In this document: piece after piece, positions 37,901 to 49,381 of the stretch | How the letters are laid out: the number at the start of each line of letters is the position of its first letter | Position numbering within the stretch: position 1 is the stretch's first letter | DNA from: Oopsacas minuta | Taxonomy: Eukaryota > Animalia > Porifera | Length of the DNA stretch: 64,000 bases | Direction: 5' to 3' | Assembly (NCBI GenBank): GCA_024704765.1 | Contig: JAKMXF010000354.1 | Location: forward strand, 915,690 to 979,689 | The notes under the pieces: model-generated | The model's database searches: none | What the model saw: only the letters and a program-made list of their open reading frames with translations | Told to the model about the DNA's origin: nothing | Program-made: the position numbers and the translations under genes

Positions 37901-39695
37901 GCAAGCAAGTTCCCATCCTATCGTACAAACGCGAAATCCACCAGTGACTTGTCTAACCATTTAGATAATTGTAAATATTACGCAAAAGAGAGGACTAACT
38001 ACGATAACCTTCCAGATAAATTGAAGATGAGTTGTATGTTTCTTGCTGATAATAAAGTATAAGTTAACTCGTAGACTCTGTGTTGATATACTTTTGAATT
38101 ATTTTAGATATATTTATTGTATACATTTTGGGAATATCAAAATTAATACGAACCTTGGTTTATTACATCCAGGTAGAGCACATACCCCTTCTGACACCTC
38201 TCTCTGTGAGGGAGTACCCGCGTTTGGGTCAGGAGCTATTGGGGGATAAAATCAAATTGTTTTGAAATATATTCATAAAATCACTCACGAATTAATCCTA
38301 TTTGTTTGCCAGCATCAGCATGAGTTCTCCCGCAGTAGTTCATAAACGGCCATACATGTTTGTTACAGCTAGGCAGTAGACAATGGGTTATACCCTTTAC
38401 TATAGTATCTATAAGGAATATTACAGATTAAAATAATATCATGTATGTATGTAGTATTTGTTATTTGTATTTACTAACTGCCGAGAGCTTTCCTTCTCTC
38501 ATGCTCCATAGCATGAGTGATAGAGCAACAAGTCTGTAATCCATTCACAGGGTCGTAGAAGGGAGGCTGGTCACACTCTTGGATAGCACACTTCATAGGA
38601 TTTGATCCTTGCATCGCCTGTATAGGAAATATTTGTTATTATTATATTACATACATAAGACTAGTTTACCTGTTGAGGTTGTGGAGCTATTAATTGCTGA
38701 TTCATGTTTGGATTAAACATCAAGTTATTCCCCTGATACATCTGATTAGTCTGGTGCATTGGATAAAACTGCGCTCCTCCCATTTGATTCATTGGTACCT
38801 GTCCCATTTGACCCATTGGTGCTTGTCCAAATTGGTTAATAGGTGCTTGTCCCATTTGACCCATTGGTGCTTGTCCAAATTGGTTAATAGGTGCTTGTCC
38901 CATTTGACCCATTGGTACTTGTCCCATTTGACCCATTGGTGCTTGTCCCGTTTGACTCATTGGTACTTGTCCCATTTGACCCATTGGTGCTTGTCCCATT
39001 TGACCCATTGGCACTTGTCCCATTTGACCCATTGGTGCTTGTCCCGTTTGACTCATTGGTACTTGTCCCATTTGACCCATTGGTACTTGTCCCATTTGAC
39101 CTATTGGTGCTTGTCCCATTTGACCCATTGGTACTTGTCCCATTTGACCCATTGGTGCCTGTCCCATTTGACCCATTGGTACTTGTCCCATTTGACCCAT
39201 TGGTGCCTGTCCCATTTGATCCATTGGTACCTGTCCAAATTGGTTAATTGGTACTTGTCCCATTGGGTTCCTGGATACAGTTGAATCAATTAGCTCAGTA
39301 GCTGAGGTTTGATTAAATGGAGTAGCTCCCATATTTTGGTACTGAATACCCCCTATCCCAGCCTGAAGGGAGCTCTTAACATCTTCTTGTTGTCCTACGG
39401 TACTGATTGTTTCAGGTGGAGGTGATAGCACAACACGATTATACTGTGGAGGACAGTGAAGATTTATTGAACATTCACAATATTCACAGAAAGCAAATTC
39501 CCCATAACTTGCTTCAAACGATTTACATTCAATACAACCTCTGCAGGCACCAACAACTCCAAATGACTCATGCTTTATTGGGGCGTGATTGCATTCTGAA
39601 CAACGTACTGAGGTCCCGTCTGGGTTTGCCTTGAATTCAATACAAGCACAACCGTCCATACACTTCCCACGGAAGGTACCGAATTTATCCTTCAT
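31922..39695 (-). CDS. Zinc-finger/repeat-containing PARP-family ADP-ribosyltransferase (~712 aa); exons 39695-38670, 38617-38479, 38399-38289, 38235-38154, 34494-34415, 34359-34228, 34167-34039, 32444-32136, 32052-31922
   Basis: All eight junctions are GT-AG and phase-compatible (2139 nt). Finger 3 is split across the 3.66-kb intron ([10 protein letters not shown]|[15 protein letters not shown]). Catalytic motifs [48 protein letters not shown]. Confidence 0.8.
32560..33147 (-). CDS. GFER: FAD-linked sulfhydryl oxidase ALR/Erv1, nested same-strand in PARP intron 32445-34038
   Basis: CRAC shuttle motif, [18 protein letters not shown], active-site [26 protein letters not shown]. Confidence 0.95.
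   Translation of the reverse strand: MSQLSRALRVLGTAGGMFLNMSGSVLAYDVEAEKDRASNKKKPCRACTDFNTWSQKLSTGGFGGVSTVINPQGGQKSSKGWPKECPVDRIELGQSTWNFLHTMAAYYPDEPSQQQQEDMLSFLHTFSYVFPCEECAEYFRDWMSTHPPVSTSSLTLSLWLCRAHNEVNTRLGKPSFPCDKVWERWRDGWGDGSCD
34872..35627 (-). CDS. LRAT/NC-domain (permuted NlpC/P60) protein lacking catalytic residues; exons 35627-35590 and 35520-34872 (~228 aa), nested same-strand in PARP intron
   Basis: 69-bp GTGAGT..TAG intron gives [67 protein letters not shown], matching PGDHI / HxGIYxGD / NCExFAxxCKxG. Confidence 0.7.
35646..35814. repeat. 20-bp minisatellite (ATACTGGGACATAGGATTCT), about 8.5 copies
   Basis: Seven exact units, one with an A>G change and a partial ninth; no spacers. 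Confidence 0.97.
35933..36672 (+). CDS. BLOC1S3: BLOC-1 subunit 3; exons 35933-36125 and 36329-36672, nested in PARP intron
   Basis: Acidic [18 protein letters not shown] motifs; C-terminal [29 protein letters not shown] helix like the BLOC1S3 domain; phase-1 intron. Confidence 0.7.
36147..36307. mobile_element. MITE family D in BLOC1S3 intron
   Basis: Right TIR CCCCGTTAGTGGAGGCTATACTG, degenerate left copy; interior matches the reverse complement of 43966-44044. Confidence 0.65.
36914..38062 (+). CDS. FBXO30/FBXO40-like F-box protein with TRAF-type zinc finger, nested in PARP intron
   Basis: [34 protein letters not shown]; [16 protein letters not shown]; F-box [35 protein letters not shown]. 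Confidence 0.85.
   Translation: MADLTEDTSYCSTHCSKCFTSHCNDNICPLVMCVCMQRTHECKLTEHKKHICRETEVSCLLSEIGCPLQMKRKDVLEHLSVCPANTIVCNMRRVRNYNVKNLLVKHLNPRESDQIHFSCYIHDIALMRRMKRSAKRIDQELRTNPHCREIEAMVESVEGCDCQSYQYRCPMYDVQTGDSETVISCGHIVRREEVMEHRLSHLCLTEQLNSVSCPMQGYGCTYKPQAIELLAERNLCSFNVAVCSLVIDWNHVTSYEVDYDAISYLPPNVMDNILDRLDSLSMRNLSCTSKRMRELCYEKLYRKGIVTFEWKSDGKGKWLMGRMIWSFSKASKFPSYRTNAKSTSDLSNHLDNCKYYAKERTNYDNLPDKLKMSCMFLADNKV
38772..39251 (-). repeat. Coding 24-bp tandem repeat, 20 units (P-[MI]-x-Q-x-G-[QG]-[VA]), in PARP exon 1
   Basis: [32 protein letters not shown] units counted from the translation; 480 bp. Confidence 0.95.
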
Positions 39696-39910
39696 TAATT
39701 ATCTAATATATTGTAACACGTAACTATAAGGTTAACTATACATCATGCTATTGATTGAAGTAAAGATAGGTGAAGAAATAAACTGCTGTACTTATATGCT
39801 TATTGGTTCATTCATCATATGTAGAGTTCTAAATCTCAATAAATAAAGCTATGGTGCTTGTGTTTCTATTTGAATCACAAACAACTCACTACTTTAGATA
39901 TTATAATATA

Positions 39911-40057
39911 CACTCCAACTCCCCGTTATATTGAAGCTCAAGGGCCCGTGATAATTACTCCGATATAACCGGTGAAAATATAGGTTACTTTGACGGTTTG
40001 GAACCATATGTACAATTTTGACATAAGCGGGTATGTCCATATAATGGGAGTTGACTG
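39911..40057. mobile_element. MITE family A, followed by a family B-like TIR starting at 40064
   Basis: TA flanks; homologous to 1322-1457 and 51444-51578. Confidence 0.85.
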
Positions 40058-40403
40058 TAAATACAGTAGACCCTCGTTAATACGTCACTAGGGGTGTCAA
40101 TTATTGTCTCCTTTCAAAGGTAGTTATCCTAATAATTAACCAGAGTCCATTGAATATCAATAGCTCACTAAGTTGAAAGAAAATCTTCATTCATGTGTCG
40201 AATAACGTCGAATAAAGCACGAATTGTGTAACCATTGTATGTGCCGCGTGGCTGTCTAGTGTAAAATTTTGAATACTAAACGCCTTATTGAATACTACAA
40301 TTCCGCATGAGTTAATTCTAACTAAAGCCAAGCTTTACATTCATTATTGTTCTTATAAAAACGAGTTTTCGGGAATTTTACCTAAAGGCATATATTATTC
40401 AAA

Positions 40404-41192
40404 ATGAAATGGTCTGTGACTACCCCTAAAATCGCTATTAGCCCTCAGAAGATGAACTGGGGCAGAGCTACACTTCTATTCCTTTTCCTGCTATTCAATC
40501 TTGTAATTATCTGTATTGCGGCCCTGCTGGTATACATCTCTGTCCACTACTACCTTATACTACAAGAGTATTCTGAATTGCTGCATGACAATTCGAAGAA
40601 CCTTGCGTATCTTGTTTTCCCTCTAGTTATTATAATCACCGTCGCTTTGCTACTACTACTACTGGCGCTCTTCGGGTGTATTTCGGGGATATGTCAAGTA
40701 AAGTTCATGTTTGGATTGTACGCGTTTATGCTGGTAATACTATTAGTACTCCAAGTAGCAGGGGCAGTGCTTATCATCGTGTTTGAGGCTCCAATCGAGA
40801 ACAACGTTTCTAAAGGAATGATAGAGAATATACACCTTTACAATCATACTAAATCATTCAGAGAGGCTTATGACAGTATACAGAGGGATTTGGATTGCTG
40901 TGGGGTTAAGAATTTCACTGACTGGGGTAACAACCATCTACACATCCCACAATCTTGCTGTAAGAAAGCACAAACCTGTGATACATGTGATATAGATGAA
41001 ATTAACACTCAAGGGTGTCTACTGAAGTTACTTCAGGACGTACATGAAAATTCAGTAATAACTCTGTGTATCATAATATTATTCGGGGTGTTTGAGGCTA
41101 CTGGGCTATTCCTGTCTATCCTACTTATCTGCTGTCAGGGCGAGAAAGTCAAGAAGTGCGAGAACCTGAAAGATGACCTGCCTACCTACTAA
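40404..41192 (+). CDS. Tetraspanin (CD63-like); the true start may be ATG 40452
   Basis: Four TM helices; large loop with DCCG, PQSCC and GC; intronless. Confidence 0.9.
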   Translation: MKWSVTTPKIAISPQKMNWGRATLLFLFLLFNLVIICIAALLVYISVHYYLILQEYSELLHDNSKNLAYLVFPLVIIITVALLLLLLALFGCISGICQVKFMFGLYAFMLVILLVLQVAGAVLIIVFEAPIENNVSKGMIENIHLYNHTKSFREAYDSIQRDLDCCGVKNFTDWGNNHLHIPQSCCKKAQTCDTCDIDEINTQGCLLKLLQDVHENSVITLCIIILFGVFEATGLFLSILLICCQGEKVKKCENLKDDLPTY

Positions 41193-41932
41193 TGAATGTT
41201 ATCCTATTACTAATTGCTCTGATGATCTGCTTTTTATCAAACTTTATTTGTGTGTACTAATTAGTTAATTAGACTGATGTATGTAATAAATACGATCCTA
41301 TGAAGTGAATAATGAGGTAGATATATTACCAAGGAAATTTGTACTCCTTTTCCCCGAGGTCCTATGGGGATAACGGGATATTTGCTCCTGGTTAAGATGT
41401 GTACCTCGGCCCGAACATGGGAACACCCCTGGTCAAGTGTTAACCATATTCCTATTAAAGGGAGTCAGCTAAATAAACTTGTATTTCAAGTCAAAAGTTT
41501 CTACTTATAGCCGGGACCAATTCCTTAAGGCTATTACATCAAATAGCAATAGGCATATCACACTACATAACATGACGTAAAAGTGTTTAGAATTTTAATT
41601 ATAAACATGAATTGATTCTTCGTGCCATTCACTAATTATAATGTACTCTCAGGGATCATTGATAACTCAATGATAATTATAAGCAATGTTCTATTCAATA
41701 ATCATGAACTCTGTCCTATGTCAAATCCTGTGCTTTCTCGTTTATTTGAGCATTTATTGACTCTAAATCTTTCATTAATTTCTCTTTCCACTCCGCGAGA
41801 TCTTTCTTCTTGCTATGATGTTCATGTTTCCTTGCTCCTTGGACGGGTTTTTGTTTTCCAGACGTGCTGTCTGTACGACTACTCGAGCCCTAAAAAACAT
41901 CACATTTTGTTATTCATATTCATTTATAATTA

Positions 41933-44900
41933 TTAACAAACCTTAGATCCAATTCCCCCTGACATCATACTAGTTCCCTGTAGTCCATCTCTCTGAAAAG
42001 GTAGCATTGTTGTAGAACCATCTTTGTTAACTATCATTTTCCCTCCTCTCCCCCTGCCGGTACCTCTGTGACCCTTCATTCCTATCCTACTATTACGTAA
42101 TGCGTCTAGCTTCAGATGACTGTCATCTCGTCTAGTATCAGCTAAATTACTTCTCAACAGTTTCTGCTTATAACCTATATAGAGTGTAGATCATAGAATT
42201 AGTATAATAAGATAAATAATATGCTATGGAAACTCGTTAATACGAAACCAACGGACTTGTTTGCCTTAACTGGAGTAATACCAATTGACTTTTATATTTA
42301 TAGGAACCTTCGTCTTATCCGGAAATTCGTATTAACGCGCGGTTGCACTGTATATCTTTAGTAAACTAACTCAATGCTTTTCCATCAGAAGTACTCCTAT
42401 TGCTACTGCCTGATGTAAACAGCTGGACCTGAGGAGGTTGTATTTGAGGTTGTGTTTCTATATGTGCTGGCCTCTGAGAGCTCTCCTGCTTAGCAATACC
42501 GTCTGTGATATCTGGTACTCCGTCTACTACAGGGGGATCTATATTAGACAGCTGTAAGGGCTGTTCTATTGGTGTCACGGGTGATGGGATAACTGGGGTT
42601 GGTTCTACTGGTACAACTCTCTCTACTTTAATTTTGTGTTGAAATGACGCATCGTTCTCTACAGTCTTAGTCTTCTCCTCGGTACCGTTGTCTTCTCGGA
42701 GAGGTTTAGGTTTAACAAACTTCATCTTAGCAACTTTAAGCTTTCTCTTCATCAGCTTTTGTTCCTTCTTCTCTCTAGCCTCTCGCTTAGCAGCTCTAAA
42801 ATTACAATAATTTATTGTGTGTATGTTTTAAAAGCTAGCCCAACGGTTGCTACCTTTTTGACCTGTACCCCTATACAACACATAATATAGACCCCCATGC
42901 TGTCGTCTGTGGTCCACACCTATTATACAAATCTTTATTACTCACTCAATTATTTCATATTTCTTTGGCAGATCTTGCTTTCTAATTAAAGACTCTTCAT
43001 CTGGCTGTAAACAAATATGTAATTAATATTATAAATATACTTGTGTTGTATCATTTCTCACCTCTGGACTAGAGGTAGTTATCTTCTTATTCTTATTAGT
43101 TGTGAATTCACTGTGTCTCTTAAGCTTAGCTCTCCCGAGAGAGAACGAAATGCTAGGTCTGTCTTTAGAGAGTTCTTTGTACTTCTTAGATTCTTTCTTT
43201 CCTCCTTCTTCATCAGACATACTACATAGACAGTGGAACTTCGTTAACACGAACACCAACGTTTCACTGTAGTATAGAACTGAGGTGATTATATAGGACA
43301 CAAATACACATACCCGAATTCATCATCAGAAATATCAGATCCGTAAGAAGCTCTTATTAATCTATCAAGCTTTAGTTTTTTGGGGAGAGGAGATCCGTGA
43401 GAGGGAGATCCAGCCTGTGAGGATCCGGTACTCCCGTCGGAGAGAGAGGAGGTGTCAGAAGATGCGTCACTACTGGAGTCAGATGAACTTGTAGATGAAC
43501 TGGAGCTTGAGCTACTGTGAGACAGGAGACTACACAAAAATGTAATTAATATAAAACCGACTAGACTACATATATGGCAACAATTCCCAATCCATTTTCA
43601 CATGTAGAACGCAATTCCTAATGTGAATACATTCTATGGACCTCAGGTTATCCGCTATTCTATAGCTATACTCACATATCATCAGGCTCCATTTGTAGAG
43701 GAGATGTAGGCTTCTGTGTTAGACTAACAGGGGGTGCAAATGCAGAGGAACATGAACTAGACCGGCTGGTTATAGTCAGATGAGAGAGAGGACTCCTGCT
43801 CCCCTCCTCCCCATCTCTATAACTCCTACTCCTACTCCTACTCATGATACGATCACTAGACCTCCTCCTCCTACGGTGTCTCCAGACATGATCTGAATCA
43901 GGTGATCCTATGTATCTTCTCCTGCCCGGACTAGTAATGTATTAGTAACAACTAACATATAGTTACAGTGTAAGCTTCATAAACGGTATGTCAGGGAAGC
44001 CGAAAATGCTACCTCGTTTCCCCGTTTGCGAAGGTTACACACTGTAATCAACTGACCTTCTTGAGCGCATATAACGAGGAGATCTTGAGTGGATCTACAA
44101 TAAATATTATTATTATTATTGTTTACTTATAATTAAATTACTTATCCTACCTCGTCAGGAATATCTGTGAAGTTAGAGAAGGCACTAAACTGAGGGTCAT
44201 CCTCTGGATACTGCGGGGAGTATCCGGGGGCATTCTGCTTGGAGTAATGAGGAGTTCGCCTGTAACGAGTATTCCATCTCTTCTTCTGTTTCTGCTCAGG
44301 ACTTGAATCTGGGATAACTTCTAACGGTTCTGTCATTGCAAGCTCTCTTCTCCGGTTAGCAACCGTGTAAGCCTAATAGGAATGTAAATTATCTGTATAG
44401 ACATTTGAGAATTAATAGAGTACCGTTCTTCCAGTTTTGAGACCCTGTAGCCAGTGATGTTCCTGTAAATTGTCCTATAATAAACAACAAACAAATAAAT
44501 AACAACAAACAATAAATTCAGTGGATGCTGGTTATAACACAGAATATAAGAACGTGCAATGCGATATAAGGACCATTCTCTGGAAAACAGGTCTCATATA
44601 TTCCTGTATATTTATGCAGGTTATAAGAGCACGTATTGCTACTTCCAAGGGGTTCTTACAACCGGCATACACTGCTATTTATGGTACTCACTTCTTCTCC
44701 TTCTTTATCCTTCTCATCTGTTGAGTCCTTATCCTCATCCTGCTTATCAGTGTCTGTCTTATCCTTAGTGTCAGGATGAGGGGAGGAGGGCTTGGAGGGT
44801 ACCACGGGAGGGGGAATAGGGAGCCCGGAGAACATGGGAGGGATTGGGAAGGGTGAGAATGGAGGTAAGGGGGGTAAGAAAGGAGGAGGGATACCAGGAG

Positions 44901-46356
44901 GAAACATAGGAGGGAAGGGAAGAGGGGGAGGGAATGGAGGAGGTAGTGATACAATATCTGTTTCTATAATTAGCACATTCTTAATTAAATTAACTGATAA
45001 ATAATAAACATACCGGTATCTAGCGGCTGTTTTGGCTTATAAGACTCCTTCACTTCTTCATTGTTAATTACCTCAGCCTTAAGATCTGTTATGACGTAAT
45101 CAATAACCCGAATAGAAATATTATTAAGTAACTAATTACCTCTTATGTCGTGACGGAAACGACATAGAAATCCATAATGACAGTTCCCTAGATTGAAACA
45201 TTAATTAGAATATTGTTGATAATATTTATGAGTTCTCACCTTGTAAGAAGAATTTACATGCAGGCATATCATCTAGTAGAAGTAAACAAATCTTGTAAAC
45301 ACATAAACAAATAAAACAAGGAACACTTTACCTTCGTGTAAACGATAAGATTCGGTAGAATTCCTTTGATCCTAACAACCAAATACAAATAAATAAATAT
45401 AAATTAAAATAATAAATATAACTACCGAGTGTTCATCATCAGTAACCTCCCCCTCTTCTATGTCCATCTGTTGTCCTATCTCCCCAGCCTCTGAGATAAC
45501 CACCCCGTCTGATTCGACCTCTCCCTCCTCACGACTGTCAGGTGTCAACAGAGCTTCCTCTAGTTTATCAACAGACAGAGTTATAGCGGATAGTCCCTCT
45601 TCGAAGACAAGTTCCCCATGCGTGCCTCCTATCTCCTGAGAGGGCTCCGGGGGCGTGGGAGGAGACGAATCGTCAGAGATCTCCCCCTCAGACAGCTGGT
45701 GCTCTGACCCTCTATCTTCTAACACTTTCTAAAGTATAATTACATCAATATATAATTAGCTATAATTGTGAGTTTATACTCACTTGTACTGTTTGAGTTA
45801 GCTCAATATTAACAGATATATCCTGACTAATAGATCCAGTAGTATCTCTATACTCAAGCTGTGTCATATCTCCACGATCAGTATCCTGTGACGTCATAAC
45901 AGCTTGTTCCTGGGGTTTAGTATCCTCCTGTGCATTTACATTAGAAGTATTCTCATCCTGAGTATCCGTCGCACTGTTTTGTGGAGACTTATCACTACTA
46001 GGACTAGATCTATTCACTGTACTGGTGTTTTCTTGCTCCTGTGACACAATTACATTACTAAAATCAATATTCTGTGGACAAGAAGTATTCGTGCTAGTAG
46101 CAAATGGAGATCGTTTCTCATACACAATAACATCGTCTTGGTTTATTATAACTGTACTATAATCATATTCTATGTCTCTGTTAGATGAAGTTGTACTATG
46201 AGATACGTTATCTGAGTCAGAAGGGGAATTATTCTCAGACACAGCAGACTCCTGGGCAAGAGGATCGGTCCGCGGAGACTCTATAACCTGACAACTATCC
46301 TCATTAGAGTGGGGGGAAGGGGAGCGATCAGTTGACTTCTGGTCCTCACTGCTCAT
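41933..46356 (-). CDS. Multi-exon ZC3H18-like CCCH zinc-finger protein
   Basis: Acidic N-terminus with EEGEV-type motifs, spliced CKFFLQG|NCHYGFLCRFRH finger, polyproline exon, HWLQGLKTGR, RS-rich and poly-Ser exons; exon set only partly resolved. Confidence 0.6.
42224..42350. mobile_element. MITE family B in ZC3H18-like intron
   Basis: TIR ...GGAAACTCGTTAATACGAA / TTCGTATTAACG..GGTTGCACTG-TA. Confidence 0.75.
43966..44044. mobile_element. MITE family D in ZC3H18-like intron 43931-44056
   Basis: TA-CAGTGTAAGCTTCATAAACGG...CCGTTTGCGAAGGTTACACACTG-TA. Confidence 0.8.
44519..44674. mobile_element. MITE family C in ZC3H18-like intron 44475-44691
   Basis: TIR CAGTGGATGCTGGTTATAA / TTACAACCGGCATACACTG. 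Confidence 0.85.
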
Positions 46357-47108
46357 AAGAAATCACCAGAGATTATCCTGACTGAACAAATATACAAGTT
46401 AGTTAGCTTAACAGTATAACTAATGCCTCAATAAATAATCATATTTGTTCCTTAGTTACTAAGTGGAGTATTGGAATGTACCCGAGAACAAGAAATTCGT
46501 TTCAGGTGATTTTTCGCAAAACAAAATTTCCTTTTTTCAGTCAGGTTAGTTGCGACATAATTAAACATACGGTTTTGAAATCTAATACTTAGCTTCAACT
46601 GAACTTTTCTCTACAATCAACAGAACTAATATGTAATCCTCTCCTATAACTTACCGTTCTGTACCATCAACGAACAAATATTTATCAAAAATCAATATTT
46701 CATAGCCAAGTTAATTACAAATTTACAATATACATGCATTGAATATACCACCTTATTACCATTCATTATTGGGGAAATACAGTGATATAATCTAATAATA
46801 GCTACAGGAAATAAATGAAGAAATGATTAAAATTAGAGGTAGTGAGAGTAGTGTTTGACAGAAAGGACAGCTCTGAAAAACCAGAAAAAATGAACTTGTC
46901 CCCAAAGAAAAAGGCAGACAGGGGATCCCGCTCCCGTTTTTAAATGTGCTGCTTTCCTAACAAGAGTTAGATAGGTAAGGAGAGGTGACGGATTGTTTGT
47001 TGTCGGTCGTAGCGAAGTAGATATTCAATAATTAATGAACAAATCAGGAATTGGAAAACAAACTTAGAAATCAATAAAGTTGCATTTTGGTGATAAATTC
47101 GAAGCGAG

Positions 47109-48908
47109 CTAGTGTTGAGTCCATTTGATAGTTTTGAGATCTACACCTTCCTGTACCATCTCCCAGAGGGGAGACATGTCTCTAAGCCGCCCCACTTCAT
47201 CTACACACTTCTGTACCGTGTAGTCTACCTCTTCTTCTGTAGTAAACCGACTGATACCGAATCTTATTGATGAATGTGCTAAATCCTCATCAGCTCCTAT
47301 AGCTCTTAACACATAGCTAGGCTCTAATGAGGCTGATGTACAGGCACTACCCGATGATAGAGCTACGTTCTTGAGAGCCATCAGTAAACTCTCTCCTACA
47401 AAGTATTGCATGTTTATTATCGTAATTATTACACAATTTATGTGACTCAACCAGAGACGTCAAGTTTGGGTACCTGGATGGGTCTGGACCCACCAGGTTG
47501 GTGTAATCTTTTTGGAGAAATAGCAGTTGGCGAATTTCTCTGTAACGGCTATAATATTGTACTAGTGCCAATATTATAGCCGTTACAGAGTTACGAGGGT
47601 ACTTACCTTCTATACATGAGAATGATAGATTGACACACCCAGGATATGTTAAAACAGGGTCTCCATTCCTGACAACAGCCGGTAGCTGAGAACAAATACC
47701 GTTTATAAGTCTATCTGACAGACGCGTGACATGTGCATGATCATACTCCATCTCCTGGTGACACAGCTCAGCTGCTGCTCCCAGTCCTACCACTAAATGT
47801 GTTGGTAATGTCCCGCTACGCATCCCTCTCTCCTGTCCTCCTCCACTCATCAGAGGCTGTACACGGACACGTGGTCTGCGACGTACGTACAATGCCCCTA
47901 TGCCTTTAGGACCGTATATCTTATGACCGCTAATAGACATCAAATCTATCTTGCTCTCCTCTACATCTATGGGGACCTAATATTTGTTTATTAATTATAA
48001 CAAATAATAACAAATTACACTTACCTTCCCTACTGCTTGAGCTGCATCTGTATGGAAGAATACTTTCTTCTGTCTACACATATCTCCTATTTCCTTGATC
48101 TTCTGTCTGACCCCTATCTCATTATTGACAGCTATAACAGACAGAAGGGCGGTATCGGGAGTAAGAATTTCATTTAGTTTATCAAGAGAGATAACTCCAG
48201 AGGACAAAACTGGCAGATAGGTGACTCTAAATCCCTCGTTCTCTAGTCTGCGACAAGAGTCTAATACACATTTATGCTCTATCTGTGTTGTAACTACGTG
48301 CTTCTTCTGGTGTTTGTAGAATCTAGAAATATATAAGATATACTACAAGGGTGTTATGCGGCGTGCCTACAGCCGCAGATACTCATATGTCGTAATATAA
48401 AATGTATAGTCGAGGGATATGAATGAGTAGAATCCAATTCTAGACGTATAGCCCTGAGAACACGGATGAGACCCTGATTACTACAGTCAACTCCAGTTAT
48501 ATCGAATTATCGTTGTCCCTTGAACTTCCAGATAATAGGAGTTGATTGCATTCTACTTATGGAGTGGCCTTACCTCGCTACTCCCTTGATAGCAATGTTA
48601 TTAGATTCTGTAGCTCCGCTAGTAAATACTATCTCTTTAGGATCAGCGCCGATTAGGTCTGCTACTTGCTGTCTCGCCTTCTCCACTGCCTCTTCACTCT
48701 CCCACCCGTACGCGTGTGTCCTAGAGTGAGGGTTCCCCCAATAACCCAGCTGGTAAGGGAGCATGGCGTCTAGGACACGTGGATCAATAGGAGTAGTAGA
48801 TTGTGCATCTAGATACAGAGGTCTGATATTATTTATAGATTGTGCTGCTGTAGATATTTGACGGATAGAATTCTTCAGAAGTTTGATTGTAGATTGTAGC
48901 TTCAACAT
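47109..48908 (-). CDS. NFS1: Mitochondrial cysteine desulfurase; exons 48908-48574, 48322-48025, 47976-47607, 47395-47109
   Basis: [51 protein letters not shown]-terminal IKWTQH. Confidence 0.96.
47538..47590. other. Perfect 22-bp inverted repeat (hairpin, 9-nt loop) in NFS1 intron 3
   Basis: CTCTGTAACGGCTATAATATTG (47538-47559) and its exact reverse complement CAATATTATAGCCGTTACAGAG (47569-47590). Confidence 0.95.
48484..48548. mobile_element. Minimal MITE family A (little more than two TIRs) in NFS1 intron 1
   Basis: TA-CAGTCAACTCCAGTTATATCGAA...GATAATAGGAGTTGATTG. Confidence 0.8.
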
Positions 48909-49381
48909 TTCTATTACACTAAATCAGTGTGAATACTGTTGCAACAACCATAGTCAAAGGAAAGTAGAGGACAATAGGACTTCGGTGGGACATACTAGTA
49001 TTGTCTGCTGGCTTGGCTTTTTGCGTAATATAATATTGGCATGACACTCGACATAATTCGAGGAACGTCCCCCCATACCGAATAGTAAACAGATAGTGGA
49101 AATTGGGGAAATTCTTAACATAATGCACTTGTGATAAATCATAATCAATAGATTGTGGGAAATCTCACGAGCTCCATGATTTAGAAAGTTTTCACAGGAG
49201 CAGAGATTCGTTACTAATATTCTCTCCCTCACTAATTCGCCCCACTAAACATCATGAATAACCTGTAATCATGCATTAATGTGGCAATTCTTTACTACCA
49301 CAATCGAATAATTTTATTGAAACTTATTTAATTGGATTTCTTCATTGTATAGTAATTATATTTGTGTTCTAGAGATAATCG

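Noticed and set aside
35627-38154. In-frame fusion of PARP exon 4 to the LRAT-like ATG via TAG at 35629
   Set aside because: Frame-compatible (AG|A ATG), but it would halve finger 3, and the stronger upstream CAG gives an immediate stop; one-in-three chance compatibility.
38694-39289. ORFs 38694-39284, 38891-39247 and 39101-39289 as separate genes
   Set aside because: They are off-frame or antisense shadows of the 24-bp coding repeat.
48346-48478. snoRNA or second mariner MITE in NFS1 intron 1
   Set aside because: No clear C/D or H/ACA boxes on the sense strand; terminal inverted match only about 10/15 and no second copy seen.
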